From Nitrospirota bacterium (GTDB lineage Bacteria; Nitrospirota; Thermodesulfovibrionia; SZUA-242), in contig JACRHH010000018.1 of NCBI GenBank assembly GCA_016212095.1, forward strand, positions 3,126 to 67,125: 64,000 nucleotides of DNA, read 5' to 3'. Positions 47,060-57,109 of the stretch are shown piece after piece. Under the pieces are notes generated by a model. That model did not search any database, was not told where the DNA came from, and saw only the letters and a program-made list of their open reading frames with translations. The position numbers and the translations under genes were made by a program. Position 1 is the first letter of the stretch, and each line of letters starts with the position of its first letter.

Positions 47060-47739
47060 ATAAGGCCGCCGATCCATTCAAGAAATCCGAAGACGAGATT
47101 CACCGGCACTGTCACTATGTGGCGCGTGAATCCGGAGAAGATAAGTATCATGAGGATGAGAAAACCGTACGGCTCGATCCTCGAAAACGAATTCGCGGCC
47201 TTCCTGGGCAGAATGCCCATAAGAACCCTTCCTCCGTCGAGCGGAAGAAGCGGAATCATGTTGAAGACCGCCAGATAGGTGTTCCAGATGATCGAGGCGT
47301 TCAGCATCAGGCTGATAGGCACAACCGCCGCCATGACGATGTCCGGGGGGCTCATGCCGATTACAAGCTGGAAAAGCCGAAGCAAAATGACGCTTGCAAC
47401 GGCAAGCAGAATATTCACGGCAGGCCCGGCGGCTGCGGCGATTGCCATGCCCTGCGTGGGGTGGCGAAAGTTCGCGGTGGTTATCGGAACCGGGCGGGCG
47501 TAGCCGAATATCGGCCCGCCCAGCGCAAGCAGCATGAGCGGCATGAGCACCGTGCCGATGGGGTCGATATGCGGAACCGGATTGAGCGTGAGCCTGCCCA
47601 GCATCCGAGCGGTCGGATCGCCGAGGCGGTTCGCGGCCCAGCCGTGGGCAACCTCGTGCAGGATTACCGAAAACAGCAAGGGAAGCGCGTTTATCGCTAT
47701 CTTCTGGATTATGTTCGCTAAATCAAGTTCTGGTGTCAT
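47056..47739 (-). CDS. M50-family (site-2 protease-like) membrane metallopeptidase
   Basis: ILHEVAHGWAA HExxH motif in a transmembrane segment. Confidence 0.6.
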   Translation of the reverse strand: MTPELDLANIIQKIAINALPLLFSVILHEVAHGWAANRLGDPTARMLGRLTLNPVPHIDPIGTVLMPLMLLALGGPIFGYARPVPITTANFRHPTQGMAIAAAAGPAVNILLAVASVILLRLFQLVIGMSPPDIVMAAVVPISLMLNASIIWNTYLAVFNMIPLLPLDGGRVLMGILPRKAANSFSRIEPYGFLILMILIFSGFTRHIVTVPVNLVFGFLEWIGGLI

Positions 47740-47794
47740 GGAATTATTGTATTACCTTTTGGCAGGCAACTATAAGTTGTGGGCTGATGTGAAG

Positions 47795-48205
47795 TCAAGA
47801 ACCTGAAAAATGGGCTTCTACAAGCCAATGCTTTGCCCATGCCAGGAAATCCCTGCCATCATCAAGAATTCTCCGTGCCTGCGCCTCGCTTACATCGCAC
47901 TGGGTATCGTAGTCGCCCCAACTTCTCAGATTGAAAGCGTTGCGCAGCATTCGTGACCACTGCAACGGAACTTCGCCCTTATTGACGAACTCCCTGTCCA
48001 GCAGTGAAAGAACTCCGGAATGCTTCGACGATCCCATCCCTTTCGTAAGCAGAATAGCGGATGCCGCATAAAACATGGCGTAATACCCCCGGTTCACAAC
48101 CCCGAAATACTGATCGATGCCAAACAGCGCCTCAGCCTGAGTCAATGCGTCCTCGGCCTTCCGAATGTAGTTTGCAATCAGTATTGCGGAATCGCCATCA
48201 TTCAC
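47795..48205 (-). CDS. HEPN-domain protein (putative toxin of a HEPN/MNT pair)
   Basis: 136 aa; overlaps the upstream nucleotidyltransferase gene by 4 bp. Confidence 0.55.
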   Translation of the reverse strand: MNDGDSAILIANYIRKAEDALTQAEALFGIDQYFGVVNRGYYAMFYAASAILLTKGMGSSKHSGVLSLLDREFVNKGEVPLQWSRMLRNAFNLRSWGDYDTQCDVSEAQARRILDDGRDFLAWAKHWLVEAHFSGS

Positions 48206-48558
48206 AGGACGATTCCTTCGCTATGGATGGCCTTGATGAACGGCGCGGCGCGGCGCGGCGTATTCCATACTTCGTCCTCGGTGTAAACAACAGTCTGAAT
48301 GACAACACCGTGTTTATGCCCGACTTCCCAAGCCATATCATCTATTTGTGCCCGCGTCGACTCGATCTCGTATCCGTTTGGAACCTCAATGTAAATATCG
48401 AGATCGCTATCCCATTGCCATTTCTTTCCGGTAGCGGAGCCGAACAGTATTATTGACGCGTCGGTTACAACGCGTTTTATGGCTTCAGCCAATTCGCGCG
48501 CAATCTCCACAGGTGAGACCGTTACCCCGGCGTCATTGTTTGCGGTGGCAAGCAGCAT
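48202..48558 (-). CDS. Minimal nucleotidyltransferase (MNT antitoxin-like)
   Basis: LFGSATGKKWQWDSDLDI motif (GS...DxD). Confidence 0.65.
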   Translation of the reverse strand: MLLATANNDAGVTVSPVEIARELAEAIKRVVTDASIILFGSATGKKWQWDSDLDIYIEVPNGYEIESTRAQIDDMAWEVGHKHGVVIQTVVYTEDEVWNTPRRAAPFIKAIHSEGIVL

Positions 48559-48561
48559 CCA

Positions 48562-48990
48562 TCACCCAACCGGAATATTTCCGCCGCCGGCTGTCTTTGG
48601 AACCATCACCGTAAGCACGCCGTCGTCGAACTGCGCCGTCACGCCATCCGGATCGGGCGAAACCGGCAGGGAAAATACGCGGGTAAAAATGCCGTAGGAT
48701 CGCTCAACCCTGTGATACTGCTCCATGTTCCTGTTTCTGGCCGGGCGGCGCTCGCCGCGAAGCGTGAGAATATTCTGGCAGAGCGAAATGTCCACGTCCT
48801 CAGGCAGAACCTCCGGAACCTCCACCTTCACGACTATCGCGCCCTCGGTTTCATAAACGTCCGCTGCCGGAAGCCATGTGCCGTCCTGCACGCGTCCGCT
48901 CTGCTGAAGCCTGAAATCGTCGAACAGCTTGTTCACGCGGCGTTGAATCGCGTTAAGCTCCTTCATCATGTCGCCCGGCGAGTTACCCAT
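48562..48990 (-). CDS. Hsp20-family small heat-shock protein
   Basis: Alpha-crystallin domain WLPAADVYETEGAIVVKVEVP...GVLTVMVPK. Confidence 0.8.
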   Translation of the reverse strand: MGNSPGDMMKELNAIQRRVNKLFDDFRLQQSGRVQDGTWLPAADVYETEGAIVVKVEVPEVLPEDVDISLCQNILTLRGERRPARNRNMEQYHRVERSYGIFTRVFSLPVSPDPDGVTAQFDDGVLTVMVPKTAGGGNIPVG

Positions 48991-49021
48991 GACCCCAACC
49001 TCCAGATATTAATACAACAGA

Positions 49022-49426
49022 TTAAAATGACGAGAGCGCCGTAAGCAGGCAGACTCCCGCGAATAACGATGCAACAACCATTACGGCCATGCGCCTGCCG
49101 CGATGCTCGCCGTATCGATCGATGAACGGCACGGCAGCCACGGCGGCGAACATTACAACAGGAATTATAACCGTTCCGAGCGCCGCTGTCCTGCCCGGAA
49201 AATACCTTATAAGCTGATAGAGCCAGAGGAAATACCACTCAGGTTTCGGCTGATACTGCCCCATCAGGTTTATCGGCCTGCCCGGATGCGGCGGAAAAAG
49301 CAGCGCGAGCACCAGCAGAACCTGAAGCGCAAGCAGGATTGAAACCAGAATCTCGAAAAGATAATCGGGATAGAAGCGTTTGCCTTCGCTATCGTCGCGC
49401 CCGCTCATGCTACATGCCCCCGGCAA
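49022..49426 (-). CDS. Cytochrome b C-terminal domain / subunit IV-like protein
   Basis: PEWYFLWLYQLIR motif. Confidence 0.6.
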   Translation of the reverse strand: MPGACSMSGRDDSEGKRFYPDYLFEILVSILLALQVLLVLALLFPPHPGRPINLMGQYQPKPEWYFLWLYQLIRYFPGRTAALGTVIIPVVMFAAVAAVPFIDRYGEHRGRRMAVMVVASLFAGVCLLTALSSF

Positions 49427-50081
49427 TCCCGCGGCGCTTTATCATGTGAAAATGCGCCCAGAGCATCACGAACGTCACGACCGGCAGCCAGTGCGTGTGG
49501 ATGGAATAGAACCGCACAAGCGTTTCGCCGGTCACGTCCTCGCCGCCACGGAACAGCAACGTCAGGCCCTCGCCTATAAGCGGCAGCGTTCCGGGCATCG
49601 CCGTACCCACAACCGTGGCCCAGTACGCCTTCTGGTTCCACGGAAGCAGATAGCCGGTGAATCCGAACGCCAGAGTGATTACCAGCAGGGCTGTTCCGGC
49701 AACCCATGTCAGCTCGCGTGGATGCCGGTATGCGCCGTGAATGAACACGCGCGCCATATGGACAAGCATGGCCACAACCATCAGGTTTGCCGACCATTTA
49801 TGAATTGCGCGTATGAGCGCGCCTGCGAAAACCGTCTCCTGTATCCGCACGATCGATTCATACGCATGTTCCTCCGAAGGCGAGTAGTAGACCGAAAGAA
49901 GAAGCCCGGTGAAGAGAAGCATCAGAAACAGCGTGAACGTGATGCCGCCGAAACAGTATAAATAGTTCAGCCGCTCTTTCAACCTGTCGGGCAGCCGCCG
50001 CTCCAGAAATCTTCCGTGCGGACGCTTGAACCCGAAAAGCCGGTCAATCGAATCGGTCATTATGCGAATGGGCGTTCGCAC
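49410..50081 (-). CDS. Cytochrome b6-like (cytochrome b N-terminal domain)
   Basis: Haem-ligand His in consecutive helices (..RAIHKWSAN.., ..HMARVF..); split from the subunit IV-like gene. Confidence 0.75.
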   Translation of the reverse strand: MRTPIRIMTDSIDRLFGFKRPHGRFLERRLPDRLKERLNYLYCFGGITFTLFLMLLFTGLLLSVYYSPSEEHAYESIVRIQETVFAGALIRAIHKWSANLMVVAMLVHMARVFIHGAYRHPRELTWVAGTALLVITLAFGFTGYLLPWNQKAYWATVVGTAMPGTLPLIGEGLTLLFRGGEDVTGETLVRFYSIHTHWLPVVTFVMLWAHFHMIKRRGIAGGM

Positions 50082-50088
50082 CGTCTAT

Positions 50089-50532
50089 CTACACCATGAT
50101 CCCGACATGAATCCGGTCGCCGTCTATCTTTACAGGCATTCGCTCAAGCGGAGCCGGCGGCGGCCCGGCAAGGCGGTTTCCCGCAATATCATATCGTCCG
50201 CCGTGGCAGGGACAGATGAACTCGTTCCTGTTTCTGTCCCAACTGACCGAACACCCAAGATGCGTGCAGCGCGACGACAGCGCGATAAGCCCGCCTCCAT
50301 CCGCAACCAGAAAGGCGCGCGTTTCAAACTTCCGTCCGCCCGCCACATATGGAACCGTGATGTTTTTCACGCCCCTTCGGGGCGCGTCTTCTGCGTTCAG
50401 CACAGGAAAGAATTCGAGCTTCTTTTTCCTTACGCCAGCCGGATAGACCGACAGCAACAGCCCGGCGGCTCCCGCCGACAGCAGAGCCGCAATCCATGCA
50501 ATCGCTTCCTTTAGAAGCTCCCGTCTTTTCAA
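50089..50532 (-). CDS. Rieske [2Fe-2S] iron-sulfur protein
   Basis: CTHLGCSV ... CPCHGGRYD boxes. Confidence 0.75.
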   Translation of the reverse strand: MKRRELLKEAIAWIAALLSAGAAGLLLSVYPAGVRKKKLEFFPVLNAEDAPRRGVKNITVPYVAGGRKFETRAFLVADGGGLIALSSRCTHLGCSVSWDRNRNEFICPCHGGRYDIAGNRLAGPPPAPLERMPVKIDGDRIHVGIMV

Positions 50533-50822
50533 AGACCCGGCGTTTTTCCGTCCACCATCTCCTTCATCTCCTTGCCGACCTTGAAAAACGGCACTTTCTT
50601 GATCGGCACTTCAACAGTGGTTCCGGTCTTCGGGTTCCGCGCCCTGCGCGAACGGCGTTCCCGCAGGCGGAAATTCCCGAACCCGCGTATTTCCACCTTC
50701 TCTCCCCGCGCAAGCGCATCCTTGATTCCGTCAAGTATGGCCTTGACGATCTTCTCCGTGTCGCGCCTTGTAAGGCCGCCCACCTTCTCGGTCACAATCC
50801 CGATCAACTCGGAACGAGTCAT
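50529..50822 (-). CDS. HU/IHF-family DNA-binding protein (IHF beta-like)
   Basis: 97 aa; GFGNFRLRERRSRRARNPKTG arm. Confidence 0.8.
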   Translation of the reverse strand: MTRSELIGIVTEKVGGLTRRDTEKIVKAILDGIKDALARGEKVEIRGFGNFRLRERRSRRARNPKTGTTVEVPIKKVPFFKVGKEMKEMVDGKTPGL

Positions 50823-50922
50823 ATGTGCATACCCCTTTCGTAAGAGTTTTTTGGTTGCTTCCCTCCCGCGGGCATGTCGTTCTTTTTGTGTTTGCCAACC
50901 GCGTGCTGCATGAAATCTGTAA

Positions 50923-51882
50923 TTACGGAGACATGAGGAATCTAACCTGCATTCCGGACGCCGGATTTGCCCTGCCGAATATGTGCCCGAACATCTGTCC
51001 CATGTCCTCCTTAAGTAACTCCCTTATGGATAACCCTTTTTTCTTTGTCACAACCTCCGGCTCGCCCTCTATTCCGGCAAGCTTTGCAGCCGTTTTCACC
51101 GAGTCTTCCAGCGTGCCTATTTCATCGACAAGCCCCAGCTCCTTGGCCTGCCTGCCTGTAAACACCCTGCCGTCCGCAAGCTCCCGCACCTCGGCAACGT
51201 CCATGTTGCGGTTGTCGGCCACCGCCTCGATAAACTGGTCGTGAACATCGTCCAGAAGCCGCTGCAATATCATCCGCTCTTCGCGAGACATCGTGCGCCA
51301 CATCGATGCCATGTCCTTATGGCTTCCGGCCTTGATAACCTCTGTGCGCACGCCGACCTTGCCCATCAATCCCTCGACATTCGGAATCTCCATGATAACG
51401 CCGATCGAGCCGGTAAGCGTTCCCGCATTGGCAACGATCTTGTCTCCTGCCACCGCAATATAGTAGCCGCCCGATGCCGCCAAGGAACCCATCGAGACGA
51501 CAACGCTCTTTTTAGCGCGCAATTTGCGCACAGCCTCGAAAATCTCCTGCGACGGCGCGACCGCGCCGCCGGGGCTGTTTATGCGGATGACCACCGCGCT
51601 GATGGAGTTGTCGTCGCGGTAGTCCTGAAGTTCCTCGACAATGGTGGATTCATCAATATCAAGGCCAAGCACGCCCTCGATCTTGACCATCCCCACCTTG
51701 CCCTTGCCCACCTTGCCCTTGTCCGCAAGCGTGATCAGAAGGCTTAGCAGCAGAAGAAGCGACAGAAACACCGCGCTTATCACGCAGCTTTTCTTTTTCG
51801 TCCAGTGCGCGCCGGGTTTAATTTCCGGGATTGGCGTATTCGGCTGATTTGCCGGCTGTTCGTTCACCGATGGATCATTCAT
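50923..51882 (-). CDS. sppA: Signal peptide peptidase SppA (S49 family)
   Basis: N-terminal transmembrane segment; S49 core MGSLAASGGYYIA. Confidence 0.7.
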   Translation of the reverse strand: MNDPSVNEQPANQPNTPIPEIKPGAHWTKKKSCVISAVFLSLLLLLSLLITLADKGKVGKGKVGMVKIEGVLGLDIDESTIVEELQDYRDDNSISAVVIRINSPGGAVAPSQEIFEAVRKLRAKKSVVVSMGSLAASGGYYIAVAGDKIVANAGTLTGSIGVIMEIPNVEGLMGKVGVRTEVIKAGSHKDMASMWRTMSREERMILQRLLDDVHDQFIEAVADNRNMDVAEVRELADGRVFTGRQAKELGLVDEIGTLEDSVKTAAKLAGIEGEPEVVTKKKGLSIRELLKEDMGQMFGHIFGRANPASGMQVRFLMSP

Positions 51883-53477
51883 TGGGGAACACCGTGCAGA
51901 CTGAGCCCTATCTTTCGTTCGTGAGTATCCACCTTGATGATCTTCACCTTTATGCCGTCGCCCGGCCTCGCCTTTCCGCGTATTTCCATGGCATCGTCGC
52001 CGCTTATTTCCGACGCATATACAAGCCCCTCCATGCCGCCGTCAAGCTCCACGAAGATTCCGAACTCCACAACCTTTATCACGCTTCCGGCCACAATATC
52101 GCCCACGCGGAACCGCTGGGTTATCCCCTCAAGCCACGGATCCGGCCCAAGCTGCTTTATGCCCAGCGACATGCGCTCGCGCGCCGCGTCTATCGCAAGC
52201 ACAACCGCATCGACAACATCGCCCTTCCTCACGATTTCGGACGGATGCCTCACATGCTTCGTCCACGACATGTCCGACACGTGAACCAGACCGTCTATGC
52301 CGTCCTCAATCCTTACAAAAGCGCCGAAATCGGTCAGATTCCTGACCTCGCCACTTACAAGCTGCCCCGGTCTGAATCGCTGCGCGACAGCCTCCCACGG
52401 ATTCGGCGAAAGACGCTTGATGCTGAGCGAGATGCGGCGTTCCTGCGTATCTACCTTGAGGATGACGGCATTGATGACCTGTCCGCGCGAAAGCAGTTCC
52501 GCCGCGCTTTTAGGGCGCGAACCCCATCGGAGTTCCGAAACGTGAACAAGCCCTTCAACGCCTTCCTCTATCTCGACAAAAGCGCCGTACTCTGTCAGTC
52601 CCATCACCTTGCCGCTCACAATGTCGCCTATGCTGTAACGCTCATTGGCAAGCGACCACGGATCGGGCTTCAACTGCTTGTGGCCAAGCGTCACTTTTCC
52701 GGCCTCGGCATCGAAATCGAGAACAACTACCTGCAATGAGTTGCCGGGGCTGAATCGCTCCGCCGGATTTGAAATCCTGCCCCACGAAATATCCGAAACA
52801 TGCAGAAGCCCGTCTATTCCGCCAAGATCCACGAAAACGCCGTAATCGGTCAGGCTTTTTACCGTTCCATCAATCACCGCGCCCTTTGTGAGTCGTTCAA
52901 GCGTCTGCCTTCGTTTTTCCTTCAGTTCGTCTTCAAGGTACAGCTTCCTGGAAACAATGGCGTTCCTGCGGCGCTTGTTGACCTTTAGAACCTTGAAAAA
53001 CGAAACCGTTCCGATCATCTCCTCCGGATTTCTGACAGGGCGCAAGCCGATATGCGAGCTTGGCAGGAAAACCGTCTCGCCTTCCATCCTCACGCTCATG
53101 CCGCCCTTGATAATTCCGTCGATAACGCCTTCCACGGGCAAGCCGCTTTCGGCGGCCGCTTCAAGCCTGTCCCATACGCGAAGCGCGTCGGCCCGCCGCT
53201 TCGAAAGGTATACAACGCCCTCTCCCTGATTGATGCGCGTGATGAAGACCGATATGACATCGCCGGGCTTGAGCGCGGCAAGCTCGGAATCCGCAAATTC
53301 GTCCGGGGGAATCACGCCCTCCGACTTGTAGCCGATGTCCACAACCACGCCGGAAGCGCCTGCCGCAACGACAACGCCGTCAACAAGCGTGCCGCTGCTG
53401 AGCGCGCGAAGGCTCTCCTCGAAAAGCCCGTCGAATTCGCCGCCGTCCTCGATCTCCTCGTCGGTTGAATCGATCAT
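51879..53477 (-). CDS. rpsA: 30S ribosomal protein S1
   Basis: Repeated S1 domains (G.V..v.dfGaFV.i..g..GLvHvS..); classic ispH-rpsA adjacency. Confidence 0.85.
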   Translation of the reverse strand: MIDSTDEEIEDGGEFDGLFEESLRALSSGTLVDGVVVAAGASGVVVDIGYKSEGVIPPDEFADSELAALKPGDVISVFITRINQGEGVVYLSKRRADALRVWDRLEAAAESGLPVEGVIDGIIKGGMSVRMEGETVFLPSSHIGLRPVRNPEEMIGTVSFFKVLKVNKRRRNAIVSRKLYLEDELKEKRRQTLERLTKGAVIDGTVKSLTDYGVFVDLGGIDGLLHVSDISWGRISNPAERFSPGNSLQVVVLDFDAEAGKVTLGHKQLKPDPWSLANERYSIGDIVSGKVMGLTEYGAFVEIEEGVEGLVHVSELRWGSRPKSAAELLSRGQVINAVILKVDTQERRISLSIKRLSPNPWEAVAQRFRPGQLVSGEVRNLTDFGAFVRIEDGIDGLVHVSDMSWTKHVRHPSEIVRKGDVVDAVVLAIDAARERMSLGIKQLGPDPWLEGITQRFRVGDIVAGSVIKVVEFGIFVELDGGMEGLVYASEISGDDAMEIRGKARPGDGIKVKIIKVDTHERKIGLSLHGVPQ

Positions 53478-54319
53478 CTATCGCCCTGTTCCTGAAGCCG
53501 TTTTTTCACATCCGAGATTATCCAGTCCGGAGTTGACGCCCCGCCTGTCACTCCAACTGTGCGCGCACCCTCAAGCCAACTGTCGTCGATCTCATCGGAT
53601 GTTTCAACATGATACACCCTGACCCCCTTTTCCTCGCAGAGGGTTTTCAGGCGCTGTGTATTGGCGCTGTTCTTTCCGCCCACCACAAGCATCAGGTCAA
53701 CCCTTTCCGCGAGGCCTATTGCTTCGGCCTGCCTCTGCCTCGTGGCATTACAGATCGTGTTATGCACCTTGAGTTCGGAAACCCTCGGCAAAACAGCAAG
53801 AACCACGCGCGACAGATTTTCGAACGACTGCGTGGTTTGAGCAATTATACCAACTTTACGCTTTATTGAGAATTGTTCAATGCCGTCTTCCCTGCCGATT
53901 ACAAAGGCGTCGGCCCCGGCATATCCGAGTATTCCCCGCACTTCCGGATGCGACTCTTCCCCGACGATGATAACCTGATACCCGGCCTCGCTCAGTTTCC
54001 GCGCATGTTCCTGCGCGGTCTTCACAAACGGGCATGTCGCGTCAATCATGCGAAGCCCACGGTTTTCGATCTCGCGATAGACGGACGGCCCCACTCCGTG
54101 CGACCGGATAATCAGGATTCCGCCGTCCTCCGCGCCGCCCACGGAATCGATAACTGTCACGCCCTCGCCCGCAAGCCGCTCCACAACCTGCGGATTGTGG
54201 ATGATCGGGCCAAGGGTATGCACCGGCCCGGCGCCGCTTTTCGCGGTGTCGAAGGCAAGCTGTATGGCGCGCTTCACCCCAAAGCAGAAACCCGCGCCCT
54301 CGGAAACAATCACCTTCAT
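53474..54319 (-). CDS. ispH: 4-hydroxy-3-methylbut-2-enyl diphosphate reductase
   Basis: GFCFGVKRAI N-terminus; 281 aa. Confidence 0.85.
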   Translation of the reverse strand: MKVIVSEGAGFCFGVKRAIQLAFDTAKSGAGPVHTLGPIIHNPQVVERLAGEGVTVIDSVGGAEDGGILIIRSHGVGPSVYREIENRGLRMIDATCPFVKTAQEHARKLSEAGYQVIIVGEESHPEVRGILGYAGADAFVIGREDGIEQFSIKRKVGIIAQTTQSFENLSRVVLAVLPRVSELKVHNTICNATRQRQAEAIGLAERVDLMLVVGGKNSANTQRLKTLCEEKGVRVYHVETSDEIDDSWLEGARTVGVTGGASTPDWIISDVKKRLQEQGDR

Positions 54320-54966
54320 TTACGTGTTGCTTTCATCATGGACAATACCATGTCGGCAACCTGCCCGGCGTTTAGCCCGTCGGTGAGAATGTATATCGCG
54401 TCGTCGGCCCTGCGAAGCGGCGCGGCCTCGCGCGACGAATCGCGCTCGTCGCGAACCCGCACATCCTCAAGCACCGCCTCAAGCGTTGTCTCTATTCCCT
54501 TTGCCGAAAGCTCCAGAAAACGCCTTCGCGCCCGTTCTTCAATGGATGCGTCGATGAAAAACTTGTTTATAGCGTCCGGAAACACAACCGTACACATGTC
54601 GCGCCCGTCGGCAACAATTCCCTGTTTCTCGCCAATACGGCGCTGGAGCGGAAGAAGCATCTCGCGCACAACAGGAATGGCCGAGATAACGGACGAAAGA
54701 TGGCTTATTTCAGGCGTTCGTATCGCCTCGCTCACGTCCTCGCCGTCAAGCAGAACCCTTGCGCCGTCAAAGCTTATTACGATCTCTTCCATCATTCGCC
54801 GAAGCTGCGGCGAATCCTCAAGCGCAAGCCCCAAACGATGCGCTTTCAGCGCAGATGAACGATAGAGAGCGCCGGTGTCGAGGTACGAAAACCCAAGTTT
54901 CGCCGCAACGAGCTTGGCCACCGTGCTCTTGCCCGCGCCGGCGGGGCCGTCCATCGCTATAACCAA
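54316..54966 (-). CDS. cmk: Cytidylate kinase
   Basis: IAMDGPAGAGKSTVAK P-loop; LDTGALYR. Confidence 0.85.
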   Translation of the reverse strand: MVIAMDGPAGAGKSTVAKLVAAKLGFSYLDTGALYRSSALKAHRLGLALEDSPQLRRMMEEIVISFDGARVLLDGEDVSEAIRTPEISHLSSVISAIPVVREMLLPLQRRIGEKQGIVADGRDMCTVVFPDAINKFFIDASIEERARRRFLELSAKGIETTLEAVLEDVRVRDERDSSREAAPLRRADDAIYILTDGLNAGQVADMVLSMMKATRK

Positions 54967-54969
54967 AGG

Positions 54970-56262
54970 TTAATTCCCTCCGCCCTGCAAGCGCCGCAGG
55001 CAGTCCCAGAAATCGGGGAACGACGTGGCGATGCATTCGTCGCCCTCGATGACCGAATCGCCGCTTGCGCGAAGCCCGGCAACCGCCATCGACATCGCTA
55101 TGCGGTGATCGCCACGGCTGTTGAATCTGCCGGACGAAAGGTTTTTCACGCCGGAAATGATCATGCCGTCCGGAAGCTCCTCCACGGAAACGCCCATCGC
55201 GCCAAGACATTCGGCCATCGCGCGAATTCGGTCGGACTCCTTCACCCGAAGCTCGGCTGCGTCGCGAATCATGGTTTTCCCATCGGCAAACGCCGCGGCA
55301 ACGCATACAGCCGGAAACTCGTCTATCGCCCGTGGAATGACGCTTCCGCCGATCGTTATGGCCTTAAGGGAACTGTAACGCGCCAGTATGTCGGCAACCG
55401 GCTCGCCCGAAACCGTGCGCTCGTTCTGAATTCGAATATCCGCGCCCATTTCAAGCAGGATGTCGATGATGCCGGTTCGCGTGGGATTCATCCCCACGTT
55501 TTCTATCAAAACCTCTGAGCCCGGAACAATCAGCGCCGCCACGATGAAAAACGCCGCGCTCGATATATCGCCCGGCACGGTCATGTCCATGCCGGAAAGC
55601 TTTGCGCCGCCGGTTACGCGAACCGCCAGGCCGTCCACTTCCAGACTTGCGCCGTAGGCCGGAAGCATCCGCTCTGTGTGATCGCGCGAACGTTCGGGTT
55701 CCACAACCTCGGTCACGCCGTCGCAGAACAGTCCGGCAAGCAATAGCGCGGTTTTTATCTGGGCGCTTGCAACCGGCGAGACAAAGCGAATCGGTTTCAA
55801 CTGTCCGCCCTGAACCGCAATCGGCAGCAATCTGCCGCTATCGCGGCCAAGGAATCTCGCGCCCATCTCCGAAAGCGGGCCGGTAACGCGGCTCATCGGG
55901 CGGCGGCGAAGCGATGCGTCGCCTGTGAGAACCGAGAAAAACGGCTGGGCCGCAAGCACGCCGCAAAGCAGGCGGGCGGTTGTGCCGGAGTTGCCGCAGT
56001 CGATCACATCGGACGGCTCTGTCAGGCCGCGCAGCCCGTTTCCGCGTATGATTATTTCGCCGTCTTCGCCGTCGCGAGCCTGAACTCCCATCAGCCGGAA
56101 GGCTGCAAGCGTGCTCATCGGGTCTTCGGCCCGGAGCGGATTTCTGATGACAGACTCGCCTTCCGCAAGGCTCGAAAAGATAATCGCCCTGTGCGTGATC
56201 GACTTGTCTGCCGGAACGGTTATCGTTCCCTTGAGCGGGCCTGAAGGCTTAACCGTTTTCAA
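54970..56262 (-). CDS. aroA: 3-phosphoshikimate 1-carboxyvinyltransferase
   Basis: 430 aa; LKGTITVPADKSITHRA, GNSGTTAR. Confidence 0.85.
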   Translation of the reverse strand: MKTVKPSGPLKGTITVPADKSITHRAIIFSSLAEGESVIRNPLRAEDPMSTLAAFRLMGVQARDGEDGEIIIRGNGLRGLTEPSDVIDCGNSGTTARLLCGVLAAQPFFSVLTGDASLRRRPMSRVTGPLSEMGARFLGRDSGRLLPIAVQGGQLKPIRFVSPVASAQIKTALLLAGLFCDGVTEVVEPERSRDHTERMLPAYGASLEVDGLAVRVTGGAKLSGMDMTVPGDISSAAFFIVAALIVPGSEVLIENVGMNPTRTGIIDILLEMGADIRIQNERTVSGEPVADILARYSSLKAITIGGSVIPRAIDEFPAVCVAAAFADGKTMIRDAAELRVKESDRIRAMAECLGAMGVSVEELPDGMIISGVKNLSSGRFNSRGDHRIAMSMAVAGLRASGDSVIEGDECIATSFPDFWDCLRRLQGGGN

Positions 56263-57109
56263 GACTCTCCCTCGCTTCCCTTGCCTTCGCCAATTCCGCG
56301 CAAAGAGTGTCGAAGTCAGACGCCTCGATCAGCGCGCGGTAGCGTTTCAGCACCGTCTCGAAGCGGTCGAGCGAAGCGATTAAATTATCCCTGTTCATGC
56401 CGAATATGTCGCGCCAGATCTCCGGCGGGCTTCCGGCGATGCGTGTTGTGTCGCGAAATCCTCTGCCGCCATGGAGCATAAGGCCATCTTCGCCGGAGAC
56501 CGCGCCAACAAGGGCATAGGCCAGAAGATGCGGCAGGTGGCTGACCGCCGCGAAAATTCTGTCGTGCTCGTCCGGCTCCATGATCTCGACAGTCGATCCA
56601 AGCGCCCGCCATAGCGATTCGACTTTCGCCAGAGCCTGTGGATTCGTTCCGGCTGTCGGCGTGATGATGCACCGCGCGCCAACAAACAGATCGGCGCGGG
56701 CCGATCCGGCCCCGGACGTCGAGCCGCCCGCAATGGGGTGGCATCCGACAAAAGAGACGCCATCGGGCATCAGCGATTCCATATTAGAAACCAAGCCGCC
56801 CTTCACGCTTCCCACATCGATGACAATGCAGCCGGATTCAAGGCTGCCGGAAACGGATTCAGCAATCGCCGAAAGCGAGCCGACCGGCGCGGCAAGAACC
56901 ACAAGATCGGCGTTGCGCACGCCCGATGCGGCGTCGTGAGTGAATTCGTCAATCGCGCCGATCGAAACAGCCCGTTCGAGGTTTTCGCGCGAGCGCCCCA
57001 CGCCGGCCACATGCCCGGCAAGGCCGCGCGATCTGGCTGCCAGCGCAAACGACGCGCCCAGAAGTCCGACGCCGATAACGGCGACGCGGTGAAATAACGG
57101 CTCTGTCAT
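56249..57109 (-). CDS. tyrA: Prephenate/arogenate dehydrogenase
   Basis: Rossmann VAVIGVGLLGASFA. Confidence 0.7.
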   Translation of the reverse strand: MTEPLFHRVAVIGVGLLGASFALAARSRGLAGHVAGVGRSRENLERAVSIGAIDEFTHDAASGVRNADLVVLAAPVGSLSAIAESVSGSLESGCIVIDVGSVKGGLVSNMESLMPDGVSFVGCHPIAGGSTSGAGSARADLFVGARCIITPTAGTNPQALAKVESLWRALGSTVEIMEPDEHDRIFAAVSHLPHLLAYALVGAVSGEDGLMLHGGRGFRDTTRIAGSPPEIWRDIFGMNRDNLIASLDRFETVLKRYRALIEASDFDTLCAELAKAREARESLENG

